A stretch of DNA of 64,000 nt from an uncultured delta proteobacterium (GTDB taxonomy: Bacteria > Desulfobacterota > Desulfobaccia > Desulfobaccales > 0-14-0-80-60-11). Position numbers and translations under genes: made by a program. How positions within the stretch are numbered: position 1 is the stretch's first letter; each line of letters begins with the position of its first letter. Below, piece after piece: positions 52,658 to 61,687 of the stretch. The stretch spans positions 35,049 through 99,048 of the forward strand of contig CAWCKU010000012.1 of NCBI GenBank assembly GCA_963796215.1, in the 5' to 3' direction. The notes under the pieces are model-generated. The model saw only the letters and a program-made list of their open reading frames with translations, was not told the DNA's origin and did no database searches.

Positions 52658-52969
52658 ATGAAGTTAAAGATAATGCTGCTCCTGGTACTGGCTGCACTAT
52701 TCCTGCTGGTCTCACTGGCTCAGGCTGAGAAATTGCTGTGCGTTTACAGTCAAACCCTCAGGGGCGAGGAAACGGTGAATTTCTGCCTGGCTAAAGGGGA
52801 AAAGTTCGCGGTGGTGGATCCGTATGGCTTGGTGCATATCTTAACCCCGGAGGAAGTGGAGCTGACCCGGGCCTTCAACCCCAAGCTCTTTGAAACGCGG
52901 GCCTTTGGGGCCAAGTATTTCAAGGAAGCTCCCGATATTCCGCCGCTGCCGGTCTCTCCGGAGCAGTAG
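52658..52969 (+). CDS. Small secreted protein, paralog 1 of 3
   Basis: Signal peptide AQA; KLLC...CLAKGEKFAVVDPYG...TPEEVELT.AFNPK. Confidence 0.85.
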   Translation: MKLKIMLLLVLAALFLLVSLAQAEKLLCVYSQTLRGEETVNFCLAKGEKFAVVDPYGLVHILTPEEVELTRAFNPKLFETRAFGAKYFKEAPDIPPLPVSPEQ

Positions 52970-53094
52970 GCTAGGGGCGGGGCCGCCTCTCCAGCCCCCC
53001 CTCCCCTTCCTCCGGCCTGGCGTCGGCCTTAAGGCTTTAAAGGGCCCGGCTCCACAGCGAAAAATTATTCTCACCTGCAGAGAGGAAACGATCC

Positions 53095-53409
53095 ATGAAG
53101 GTCAAAATAATGCTGCTCCTGGTGCTGGCTGCACTATTCCTGCTGGCCTCACTGGCTCAGGCCGAGAAATTGCTGTGTATCTCCACCCAAGGCCTCAAGG
53201 GTGAGAAAACGGTAAACTCTTGTTTGGCCACGGGGGAACGATTCGCCATGGTGGACCAGTATGGTTTCGCCAAGGTTCTGAGCCCGGAGGAAGTGGAGCT
53301 GACCAGACCCTTTAATCCTAAGCTCTTTGAGAGTAAGGCCTTTGGGGTCAAGTATTACAAGTTAGCCGCAGACATAGATTACTGCACCGAAGAGATCGGT
53401 CGAAAATAG
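53095..53409 (+). CDS. Small secreted protein, paralog 2 of 3
   Basis: Near-identical signal peptide and same core motif; RBS GAGG. Confidence 0.85.
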   Translation: MKVKIMLLLVLAALFLLASLAQAEKLLCISTQGLKGEKTVNSCLATGERFAMVDQYGFAKVLSPEEVELTRPFNPKLFESKAFGVKYYKLAADIDYCTEEIGRK

Positions 53410-53772
53410 GGGGGCTTCCCTCCCTTTGCTCCGGCCCGGCCTCCAGGCTTGAAGGGCCCGGCGCCGCCGGAAGACACCCTGCGGCCTTAGTGCCGGGAGA
53501 GCGCCAGGCGATCATGGGCCGGAAACGGTCTGGTCCGCCGGCCCTTGGGGGCCTTGCCAATTAGGTCAGATAACCCGTCCCGGGCGCAGAATTTCGTTAT
53601 CTTAACCCGGTGCCTTTACAAAATTATGATTTTTGGTGAGCAAGAATATTTAAGTTGACTTTTTAACCCTCACAACTATATTATATGCGCGGAAAGGAGT
53701 TTGCGGCTTTTTCTCAATTACTCCACTAGGGGGGGAAAGCCGGGTATCAACCTTAGCGAGAAGGAGGAGAGT

Positions 53773-54114
53773 ATGCGTTCAAAAGTACTAGTAGTAGGGT
53801 TGATGGTGGCTTTGGTGGCAGTATTTTGCTTTTCGACCGTCGCCATGGCACAGGTGAGATCGGGCGCCAAACTGCTTTGCGTCTCTAAGCAGGAGCTCAA
53901 GGGGGAAGAGACGGTAGCCTCGTGCCTGGCCAAAGGTGAGCGGTTTGCCGTGATGGATCCTTACGGCATCGTGCGGATCCTGACCCCGGAAGAAATCGAG
54001 CTAACCAAGGCTTTCAATCCCAAGGCCTTTGAAACTCGGGCCTTCGGCATGAAGTACCAGAAATTGGCTCCGGCGATCGCGCCATTGCCGGTATCCCCGG
54101 AAGCTGGCGGTTGA
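53773..54114 (+). CDS. Small secreted protein, paralog 3 of 3
   Basis: RBS AAGGAGG, signal AMA, same core motif; own TTGACT...TATATT promoter. Confidence 0.85.
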   Translation: MRSKVLVVGLMVALVAVFCFSTVAMAQVRSGAKLLCVSKQELKGEETVASCLAKGERFAVMDPYGIVRILTPEEIELTKAFNPKAFETRAFGMKYQKLAPAIAPLPVSPEAGG

Positions 54115-54171
54115 TCTAGCCAACCAGGATTTGGGATCTCTTGCTGAGAGATTCTGACTGTTCGACAAAAT

Positions 54172-54203
54172 AAGCCCTCAAAGATTTCTTTGGGGGCTTT
54201 TTT
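54172..54203 (+). terminator. Rho-independent terminator
   Basis: AAGCCCTCAAAGA-TT-TCTTTGGGGGCTT plus T tract. Confidence 0.75.
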
Positions 54204-54397
54204 GTGGGGATGAGGTTTAAGCAGGCGCCGCCGGCCCTCAAATATCGATCTTAGCGCTCCCCAACCTCTTTAAAGAACCGGACTTGGATAGTTCACCGGG
54301 TAAGTGGCACTGGACCGCTGGATGCTTATCTTGGCTTCAGGAGATCCTGCCGCCTGCCAGGGTCCAAACCATGCCCCTTCTTCAGGAGGTCCCACTC

Positions 54398-55110
54398 ATG
54401 GAAGCCATGACCAGTTTCGCAGTATCACGCCGGAATTTTCTGATCCGGGGCGGCGCCCTGGCCGCGGGCGCGGCCCTGCTGGGTCCGGCTCAACTCCTGG
54501 CCGCCGAAAAGAAAGAGTCGGCCGCAGCCGACGTCACCCCCACCGAGGACTTGATGCGGGAACACGGGGTCCTGCGCCGCCTCTTGTTGATTTATGACGA
54601 ATTGAGGCGCGGCTCAATGGCGGCAAGGAATTTCCGCTACCGGCGCTTTCGGGGGCCATTGATCTGATGCGCCGCTTTATCCAGGACTACCACGAAAAGG
54701 ATGAAGAAGACTTCCTCTTCTCCAGGTTTGAGAAGGCCGGCAAGCTCACCGACCTGGTGAAGGTCCTGTCCGCCCAGCATCAGGCGGGCCGTAAAGTCAC
54801 CGCCCAACTCCAGGGTTTGGCAACCGCCGCCACCCTGCAACAACCGGCCGAGCGGCAAAAGCTAAGCAAAAATCTCGAGGCCTTCAGCCGCATGTACCGG
54901 CCCCACGCCGCCTGGGAAGATACGGTGCTCTATCCGGCCTTCCGGTCGGTCATCACCCCCCGGGAATTCGTAGCCCTGGGGGACAAATTTGAAGATAAGG
55001 AACAGGAATTGTTCGGCAAGGACGGCTTTGAGAAGATCGTCGTCCAGGTGGCGGGGCTGGAGAAACAGTTAGGCCTCTACGACCTCTCCCAGTTCACCCC
55101 GAAAGGCTAA
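54398..55110 (+). CDS. Tat-exported hemerythrin-like (HHE) protein, frameshift near 54610
   Basis: SRRNFL twin-arginine signal; LMREHG, YHEKDEE, QHQAGR, HAAWED. Confidence 0.85.
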
Positions 55111-55169
55111 GCCGGCAAAGAGCGGGCGTCTCCGCCATCCCTTGAAAAGGCCCGGAAGCCCAGCCGGCG

Positions 55170-55589
55170 CTACTTCTGGGCCGCCGCCGGCGCGGCCTCC
55201 TTGACCGGGACCATGATGGCATCCCAGCCTTGCCGCTTGGTCAAAAATCCGGAGCCGTGGGTGACCAGACCGGTCAAAAACCACTGTTGCCGGCCATCGG
55301 GACGGCTGAGGAGCTGGAAGTTGCCGGCATAAACTACCGGTCTTGACGCCCTATCGCCGGGGTTGACGATGGACACGTAAGCCACCTGGGTGGCGCCGGC
55401 GGCCTCCGGTTTATAAAGGCCGTAAAATTCTGCCACCTTGCAGTAACTGGGATTCCAACTATCCAGGGTCTGCTGGGCTGCCGTCGCGCTCAACGGCGGC
55501 TGCGCCGCTGAAGGCGGCACCGTGCACCCCAGGAAAAAGGCCACGGGAATGAGCAGCCCCACCAGGCCGCGCCAACCTGAGAACTTCAT
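55170..55589 (-). CDS. Lipoprotein of unknown function
   Basis: Lipobox FLGC; RBS GGAGG. Confidence 0.75.
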   Translation of the reverse strand: MKFSGWRGLVGLLIPVAFFLGCTVPPSAAQPPLSATAAQQTLDSWNPSYCKVAEFYGLYKPEAAGATQVAYVSIVNPGDRASRPVVYAGNFQLLSRPDGRQQWFLTGLVTHGSGFLTKRQGWDAIMVPVKEAAPAAAQK

Positions 55590-55612
55590 GGCTTCCTGCT
55601 CCTTTTTCAGAG

Positions 55613-55686
55613 TTCAAGGTTCCAGGTTCAAAGTTCAAAGTTTACCGCTTACCTAACTTTGAACCTTGAACTTTGAACTTTGAACT
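55613..55686. repeat. Inverted arrays of a heptamer repeat
   Basis: (GTTCAAA/GTTCAAG)n followed by (TTGAACT)n. Confidence 0.75.
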
Positions 55687-56134
55687 ATTTTAAGAGCCCG
55701 GCCTCCTGGAGCCAGCCCAGCACCTGCTTCATCGCCTCCTGCCCTTGGGAGGCCAGCTTGCCTTTCTGGTCAAAAATCATGAAATGCGGGATGGAACGGA
55801 GCCCAAGCTGCTGCGCCAACGGCGATTGCCAATCGATGTGGCCGGAAACCTCAGAGCGTTGGATGTCCACCTTTTTAATCGCCAGGTCCGAGCGCTTCTG
55901 GGCCAGTTGCTCCAGGAGCGGGGCCAGTTGCATGCAGGGCGGACAGTACTGGCTGTAACAATCCACCACGGTGGTTTTCCCCTTCACCGGCAGCGACTTG
56001 AGGTCCAGGGTCTGGCCGCTCCGGCCGGGATTGCCGTCCTGCACCGCCCCGGCCATCACCTGCCCGGCGAGCGCCAGGAGAAGAAAAAACCCCAAAAAAC
56101 CGCAGGTTAAGACCCACTTGACTGGGCCCACCAT
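55685..56134 (-). CDS. Exported thioredoxin-like protein
   Basis: Signal/TM segment, YCPPC active site, cis-Pro SIPHF. Confidence 0.85.
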   Translation of the reverse strand: MVGPVKWVLTCGFLGFFLLLALAGQVMAGAVQDGNPGRSGQTLDLKSLPVKGKTTVVDCYSQYCPPCMQLAPLLEQLAQKRSDLAIKKVDIQRSEVSGHIDWQSPLAQQLGLRSIPHFMIFDQKGKLASQGQEAMKQVLGWLQEAGLLK

Positions 56135-56202
56135 TGTTCTTAGATATGCCCTCCTCGCCAACTTGTCAATCATTTTCCTGTTGTGCTCCCTGTTTCGGTA
56201 TT

Positions 56203-56384
56203 GAGACCTCTGCGAAAAGCCTTTTTGTCATCCTGAGCGAAGCGAAGGATCTCAGTTTTGGTGGCACAGGTTTTCTGGCCTGTGCTGGAATAGGCACAGC
56301 CCGGAAGGCTGCGCTACCAAACCGGATTCTTCGGTCGCTGCACTCCCTCTGAATGACAGGTGTGATGACTTTCGCAGAGGTCTC
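56203..56384. mobile_element. 182-bp MITE-like element with 15-bp perfect TIRs and 5-bp target duplication
   Basis: GAGACCTCTGCGAAA ... TTTCGCAGAGGTCTC flanked on both sides by GTATT (56198-56202, 56385-56389). Confidence 0.8.
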
Positions 56385-56385
56385 G

Positions 56386-56625
56386 TATTTAAGATCAAGG
56401 GCCGGCCGTCCCGGCCCCCCACGATAATCAGCTTGCTATTGGCGGATTCGGCCAGAGCCCGGGGGTTCCGATCCCTTTCCAGCGCCACAGTGGCTCGGAC
56501 CAACCCTGGGAGATGATCCTTTGGAAGTCCTGGATCCCCTGGGCTTCGCTGCGTTTGCGCTCGGCCTCCTGGCGCTCTTTGTCCAGCGCGCCGCGCCTCT
56601 GTTGGGCCTGCTGGTCCGCGGTCGC
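56386..56625 (-). pseudogene. Remnant of a prohibitin/SPFH protein C-terminus
   Basis: Manual translation LDKERQEAERKRSEAQGIQDFQRIISQG.SEPL.RWKGI, then a shifted frame LAESANSKLIIVGGRDGRPLILN. Confidence 0.65.
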
Positions 56626-56646
56626 AGGGGCGGGGTTCCCCCCTCC

Positions 56647-57270
56647 CTACTTCTTGAGCAACCGGCTCCGGGGGTGGCCCACATTCGCGAACACCGCCTG
56701 AAAGTCACGATATAGCCTTTTGTTGTGGCGCACCCGGTGACATTTCTTCAGATAAGTCTGGGAATCAGGGTTTTCCGCCAGCAGGTCCAGCCCCTCCCAG
56801 CGCTCCCGCCGGGGATAGGCGTAATAGGGGTAGGCCTTGGGAACCCCCCGGATGTAAGTGACCTGGGGCACGACCCACTCCAGCCGGGCCAGGTAGAGGC
56901 GGTGCATGCCGTCATTGATGAGCAGGGCCACGGTGCCGTCGGCCTCGATGGACTCCTCCACGATGGGAGGATAGAGATCGTAGGTCGCCTCCGAGCCGTC
57001 CTCCCGGCGCACGCTATAGGTGATGTAGCCGTCCAGGTGGAACAGGTCCACCCCCCGTTCAGCCAGACTCCAGCGCAACTCCTGGATCTTGCGTAACTCC
57101 TTGAGCCACAGGTAATTTTGCGGCGGGTGGAGGCAATCAGTATGGATCTGCTCCAGGCTGATCAGGGCCTGTTCATAAATCAGAACCTCGGTCTGCTCCA
57201 TGAGGGGTACCCGCCGAAGACAGGCGATCAATTCTGCCGCTGAATGCTGTTCGAGGGCAATGATGTCCAT
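56647..57270 (-). CDS. Hypothetical protein with ParB/sulfiredoxin-like motif
   Basis: PPIVEE...LLINDGMHRLYLAR; coding-like GC3 bias. Confidence 0.7.
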   Translation of the reverse strand: MDIIALEQHSAAELIACLRRVPLMEQTEVLIYEQALISLEQIHTDCLHPPQNYLWLKELRKIQELRWSLAERGVDLFHLDGYITYSVRREDGSEATYDLYPPIVEESIEADGTVALLINDGMHRLYLARLEWVVPQVTYIRGVPKAYPYYAYPRRERWEGLDLLAENPDSQTYLKKCHRVRHNKRLYRDFQAVFANVGHPRSRLLKK

Positions 57271-57511
57271 TTACTGAAACATTACCTGAGTGAAGTTCAG
57301 AATTTAGATACCTGCCGTTAGATTTTACCATCATTCCCACGCCCCGGGAAAATTATTTGGGTCTGGCCTCATTCTTTCAGGGGCGCCCGAGTTCCGATCT
57401 AAATCTAATCAGGTCCGATTATTGTGCATAAAAAACTACAAAATTTTTTGCAAATCTATTAACATGCGTCAACATCGGCGATGACGGATAATTTACTGGG
57501 AAGGGAGTAAG

Positions 57512-58430
57512 ATGATGAATTTTTTAGTTAAAAATAGTTTAACCGGCGTGGCTATTTCGGTATTTACTTTACTTCTGGGGTCGTCTGAGCGCTTATCCGG
57601 CTTCTTATCATTTCACTCAGTTCGATTACCCCGCCGCTTATGATACGGTTCCCCAGTCAATTAACCAGCTCGGTCAGATTGTGGGCGGCTGGCGCAACGG
57701 CCCGGAGGGCCAACCGGGCACGGTTGAAAAAGGCTTCTTCAAAGAGGGCGCCAGCTTTTCCTCATTCGTGGTTCCCGGCTTCACCTCGACCTGGAGCAGC
57801 GGCATCAATGCCTCCGGTCAGATCGTCGGGAGTTGCGGCGGAGAGACTCAGCACGGATTTTTAACAGACGGCAATACCCCCATCACCTTCGATTATCCCG
57901 GCGCCTTCTTCACCAATGCCGCCGGCATCAATGATCTGGGACAAATTGTCGGGGTTTACGGGGACGCCAACGGCGGGCATGGTTTTTTGAAAAATGGCAG
58001 CAACTTTGCGCCCATTGATTGCCCTTTTGGAAGTAATACTGCGGCCCTGGCCATCAATAAGCTGGGGCAAATTGTCGGCACCTATCAGGTGGGCAGCGGC
58101 GATACCGCTTTAACCCATGCTTTTCTGAAAGAAGGGACCAACTTCACCCCCATCGATTTTCCGGAAGCCCAGGAAACCCAGGCTTGGGGCATCAATAATC
58201 AGGGCCAGATTGTTGGTTATTACGAACCGGGTGGGGGAAGCCGGGGTTTTCTTAAAACCGGGTCAAGCTACCAGACGATTTGGGTTCCAGGTTCAACGAC
58301 GACACGCGCCTTGGGAATTAATGATCGCGGCCTGATTGTGGGAGTCTTCTGGAACGGAAATGGCCCATTCCACGGCTTTCTGGCCACCCCGGTCGGCAAC
58401 CCTGCTTTAAGCCTGTTGCTCTTGGATTAG
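57512..58430 (+). CDS. Secreted beta-repeat protein (HAF-like extracellular repeats), frameshift near 57588
   Basis: About six repeats D.P...T.A.GIN..GQIVG.Y...HGFL; signal peptide in the upstream frame; C-terminal NPALSLLLLD. Confidence 0.8.
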
Positions 58431-58470
58431 ACTTTACCAAAGGCTCTTCAGCCGGCGGCGGCAAACCGCC

Positions 58471-58725
58471 TCAACAACGGCCGCGCAGGGAGCGGCTGGA
58501 GGGACCTAAGAGAAAGGGGCCGAACCAGTCCCGGATGATGTAGCCCCGGGAAGACTCGGGGTCAAGGACTTCGGCCTCCGGCTCCACCGCCGTTCCCATC
58601 AGGTGGCTAGGGGTGCCGGCCGGCACTTCATCCCCCAGAGCCGCCGCCAGCCAGAACAAAATATATTCATCTCGGTCGAAATTTGCCATTGGTTTATCTC
58701 TTAACCATTTAGATGCAACATCCAT
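58471..58725 (-). CDS. Hypothetical protein
   Basis: 84-aa ORF without recognisable motif. Confidence 0.4.
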   Translation of the reverse strand: MDVASKWLRDKPMANFDRDEYILFWLAAALGDEVPAGTPSHLMGTAVEPEAEVLDPESSRGYIIRDWFGPFLLGPSSRSLRGRC

Positions 58726-58879
58726 TCCAAAAGTTAATTATAGGACTGGCATCGCCCGCCACTTGGGTTTCCGTCCGTTGGCGCCGGCTAAAATAATAAT
58801 AGGGCGGGCCGCCCCCGCCGAATTACGAGGGCCATGGGGCGCCCAGGCTCCCTGCCCTGCTTCTCTCGAAACTCGAAAC

Positions 58880-59542
58880 TCAAAACTTATCAGGCCAGCC
58901 CTGTAGCAAGCAGTCTTCACATCTGGGTTGGGGACGACAAAATTCCTTCCCCAGCCGCACCAACAGGGCGTGGTATTCCTGATAGAGCCCCACGTCCGGC
59001 CTCAGGTGGTCCATGAAGAGCCGGCGCAACTCCTCGTAGGTACAGGATTCGGGGGCCAGGTGGTGCCGGTTCAGAATGCGAAAAGTATAGGTATCCACCA
59101 CAAAGGTGGGCTTATTCAGGGCATAGAGCAGGATGCTGTCGGCGGTCTCCGGGCCGATTCCCTTCACCTCCAGAAGCACCGGCCGCAATGCTTCCAGGTC
59201 TTCCCGGGCCATCGACTCCATGGCGCCTTGATACCGATCCTGAAGAACGGCCAGAAAATTTTTCACCCGCCGCGCCTTGAGGTTGTAGTAACCCGCCGGC
59301 CGGAAGAGCCCGGCCAGTTCCGCCTCCGGCAGCGCAGTTAAAGCCTGGGCCGTCAGGCGGCCTTCGGCCTTGAGCCGCGCCATCACCTTGGCCACATTGT
59401 TCCAATTGGTGTTCTGGGTCAGGATGGCCCCCAGGGCCACTTCAAAAGGGGTCTCTCCAGGCCACCAGCCCTGGGGCCCGAAGGCCTGCCACAACTTCTC
59501 GTAAAGCTCCTGAAGTAATTTTCCCGCCTTGGCCGGGGTCAT
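58880..59542 (-). CDS. Endonuclease III-related HhH-GPD protein
   Basis: WWPGETPFEV..GAILTQNT.W, VKGIGPETADSILLYA, VVDTY, C..P.C..C. Confidence 0.92.
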   Translation of the reverse strand: MTPAKAGKLLQELYEKLWQAFGPQGWWPGETPFEVALGAILTQNTNWNNVAKVMARLKAEGRLTAQALTALPEAELAGLFRPAGYYNLKARRVKNFLAVLQDRYQGAMESMAREDLEALRPVLLEVKGIGPETADSILLYALNKPTFVVDTYTFRILNRHHLAPESCTYEELRRLFMDHLRPDVGLYQEYHALLVRLGKEFCRPQPRCEDCLLQGWPDKF

Positions 59543-59725
59543 GATTACCTCTAAATAGTTGCCGCTAACCGGCTGGCGCGCTTGCGCCTGGGCCGGTTTT
59601 CTATTTTAGCATTTTTTTTGGGCGGGGCCTGTGATATAAGTTTATTGTTATTAAGCCAGAATTTCCTACGGAAGCCGGGCGCTCTTCTTAGCCGGCGCTA
59701 AAGTTGCCGATATCAGGACCTAATT

Positions 59726-61660
59726 TTGAGCAAACGCGTTGTTTTTAAGCCATATGACATAACGGTTGAGGTGCCCGAAGGAGAGAATCTCCTGCGGGTC
59801 GCCCTGCAGGCGGGAGTGCACATCAACGCCTCCTGCGGCGGCGAAGGCGTCTGCGGCAAGTGCCGCATCCTGCTGGAGTCCGGCGAACTGGACAGCCTCC
59901 GCACCGGCCTGCTGGGCGACGATGACTGGAACCTGGGCTACCGCCAGGCCTGCCAGTCCCGGGTGTTGTCCGACGTAGTGGTGCGCATTCCCCCGGAATC
60001 CCTCCTGGACCGCCGCACCCTGACCCGGCGCCGGGGCGGCGTCGGCCTCCGGCCCAGCCCCATCGATCTGGCGGCCTTGAAGGCTGAAGGCCTCTATAAC
60101 CCGGCCTTCAAAAAGAGATTTGTCCAACTGTCGCCGCCCACCCTGGCGGATAACATCAATGACCTGGCCCGCCTGGAGAATGGGCTGGCGCGCCAGCATG
60201 CCGTCGACAGCCTCACCCTGGACTTCTTCCTGCTGCGCAAACTGGCCCCGGTGATGCGCCAGCAGGACTTCCAGGTCACCGCCACCCTCGATTTCTCCCG
60301 GCGCCGCTTCCGTTCTCCTCACCTGATGAATGTGGAGGCCGGCGACACCACCCAACGCCACTTCGCCTTGGCCATCGACATCGGCACCACCACCGTCTGG
60401 GTGCAACTCCTGGACCTGGCCAAGGGCGAAATCCTGGGCCACGCCGCCGACTATAACTCCCAGATGAGCTATGGCGACGACGTCATCACCCGCATCGTTT
60501 TCAGCCAGAAAGAGCAGGGGCTGCAAAAGCTGCAAAAATCGGTGGTCTCCACCATCAACCAGGTGATGCACCGGCTGCTGAAGCAGCATAAGTTGGCGGT
60601 GGAGGAGATCTCCCACATCACCATGGCCGCCAACACCACCATGACCCACCTCTTCTACGGCATCGACCCCAAAAACATCCGCCTGTCGCCGTATATCCCC
60701 ACCGCGGGCAGCATTCCGCTGGTGCGGGCCCTGGACCTGGGTCTGGAGGTGCCGGACCACGTCTTTATCTACAGTGTCAGCTCCGTGTCCAGTTACGTGG
60801 GCGGCGACATCGTCTCCGGGGTCCTGGCCTCCGGCATCTACAAGGACCCCAAGCTGACCCTGTTCATCGATATCGGCACCAACGGCGAGATCGTCATCGG
60901 CAACCAGGCCTGGCTGGCCTGCGCCGCCTGCTCCGCCGGGCCGGCCTTCGAAGGCGGCGGCATCAAGTTCGGCATGCGGGCCTCTGCCGGGGCCATCGAA
61001 GACGTCATCATCAATCCCGAGACCTTTGAACCCACCCTCATCACCATCGACATGGTGAAACCCAAGGGCATCGCCGGCTCCGGCCTGATCAACCTGATGG
61101 CCGCCATGATGGAGGCGGATATCATCTCCCCCAACGGCAAGTTCCGGGAGGACCTGAACACCCCGCGCATCCGCCTGGGGGACAGCGGCCGGGAGTACGT
61201 CCTGGTCTTCGCCTCCGACACTCATGGCGGGGATGACCTCACCATCAGCGAGGCGGACATCGACAACCTGATGCGGGCCAAGGGCGCCATGTTCGCCGGC
61301 TACCTCACCCTGCTGGAAGCCGTCGGCCTCAAGCTCCAGGACCTGGAGCAGGTGATCCTGGCCGGGGCCTTCGGCAACTTCATCAACATCGAAAACGCCA
61401 TCGCCATCGGCCTGCTGCCGGACCTGCCCCGGGACCGCTTCCAGTTCGTGGGCAATGCCTCCCTCCAGGGCGCCACCCTGCTGGCCTTCTCCCGGGAATT
61501 GCTGGCGGAGGAGCGCCGGGTGGCCGAAATGATGACCAACTTCGAACTCTCCGAAACCCCGGGCTTCATGGACCAGTACGTCGCCGCCCTCTTCCTGCCC
61601 CACACCCAGATGGAGTACTTCCCCACCGTCACCGAACGCCTCCGGGCCGCCAAGGGGTGA
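59726..61660 (+). CDS. ASKHA-family corrinoid reductive activator (RACo/AcsV-like) with N-terminal [2Fe-2S] ferredoxin
   Basis: CGGEGVCGKC...ACQ; DIGTTT, YVGGDI, DIGTNGE, CSAGPAFEG, LAGAFG. Confidence 0.92.
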   Translation: MSKRVVFKPYDITVEVPEGENLLRVALQAGVHINASCGGEGVCGKCRILLESGELDSLRTGLLGDDDWNLGYRQACQSRVLSDVVVRIPPESLLDRRTLTRRRGGVGLRPSPIDLAALKAEGLYNPAFKKRFVQLSPPTLADNINDLARLENGLARQHAVDSLTLDFFLLRKLAPVMRQQDFQVTATLDFSRRRFRSPHLMNVEAGDTTQRHFALAIDIGTTTVWVQLLDLAKGEILGHAADYNSQMSYGDDVITRIVFSQKEQGLQKLQKSVVSTINQVMHRLLKQHKLAVEEISHITMAANTTMTHLFYGIDPKNIRLSPYIPTAGSIPLVRALDLGLEVPDHVFIYSVSSVSSYVGGDIVSGVLASGIYKDPKLTLFIDIGTNGEIVIGNQAWLACAACSAGPAFEGGGIKFGMRASAGAIEDVIINPETFEPTLITIDMVKPKGIAGSGLINLMAAMMEADIISPNGKFREDLNTPRIRLGDSGREYVLVFASDTHGGDDLTISEADIDNLMRAKGAMFAGYLTLLEAVGLKLQDLEQVILAGAFGNFINIENAIAIGLLPDLPRDRFQFVGNASLQGATLLAFSRELLAEERRVAEMMTNFELSETPGFMDQYVAALFLPHTQMEYFPTVTERLRAAKG

Positions 61661-61687
61661 TGAGAACTAATTGCAGGGGATAATAGA

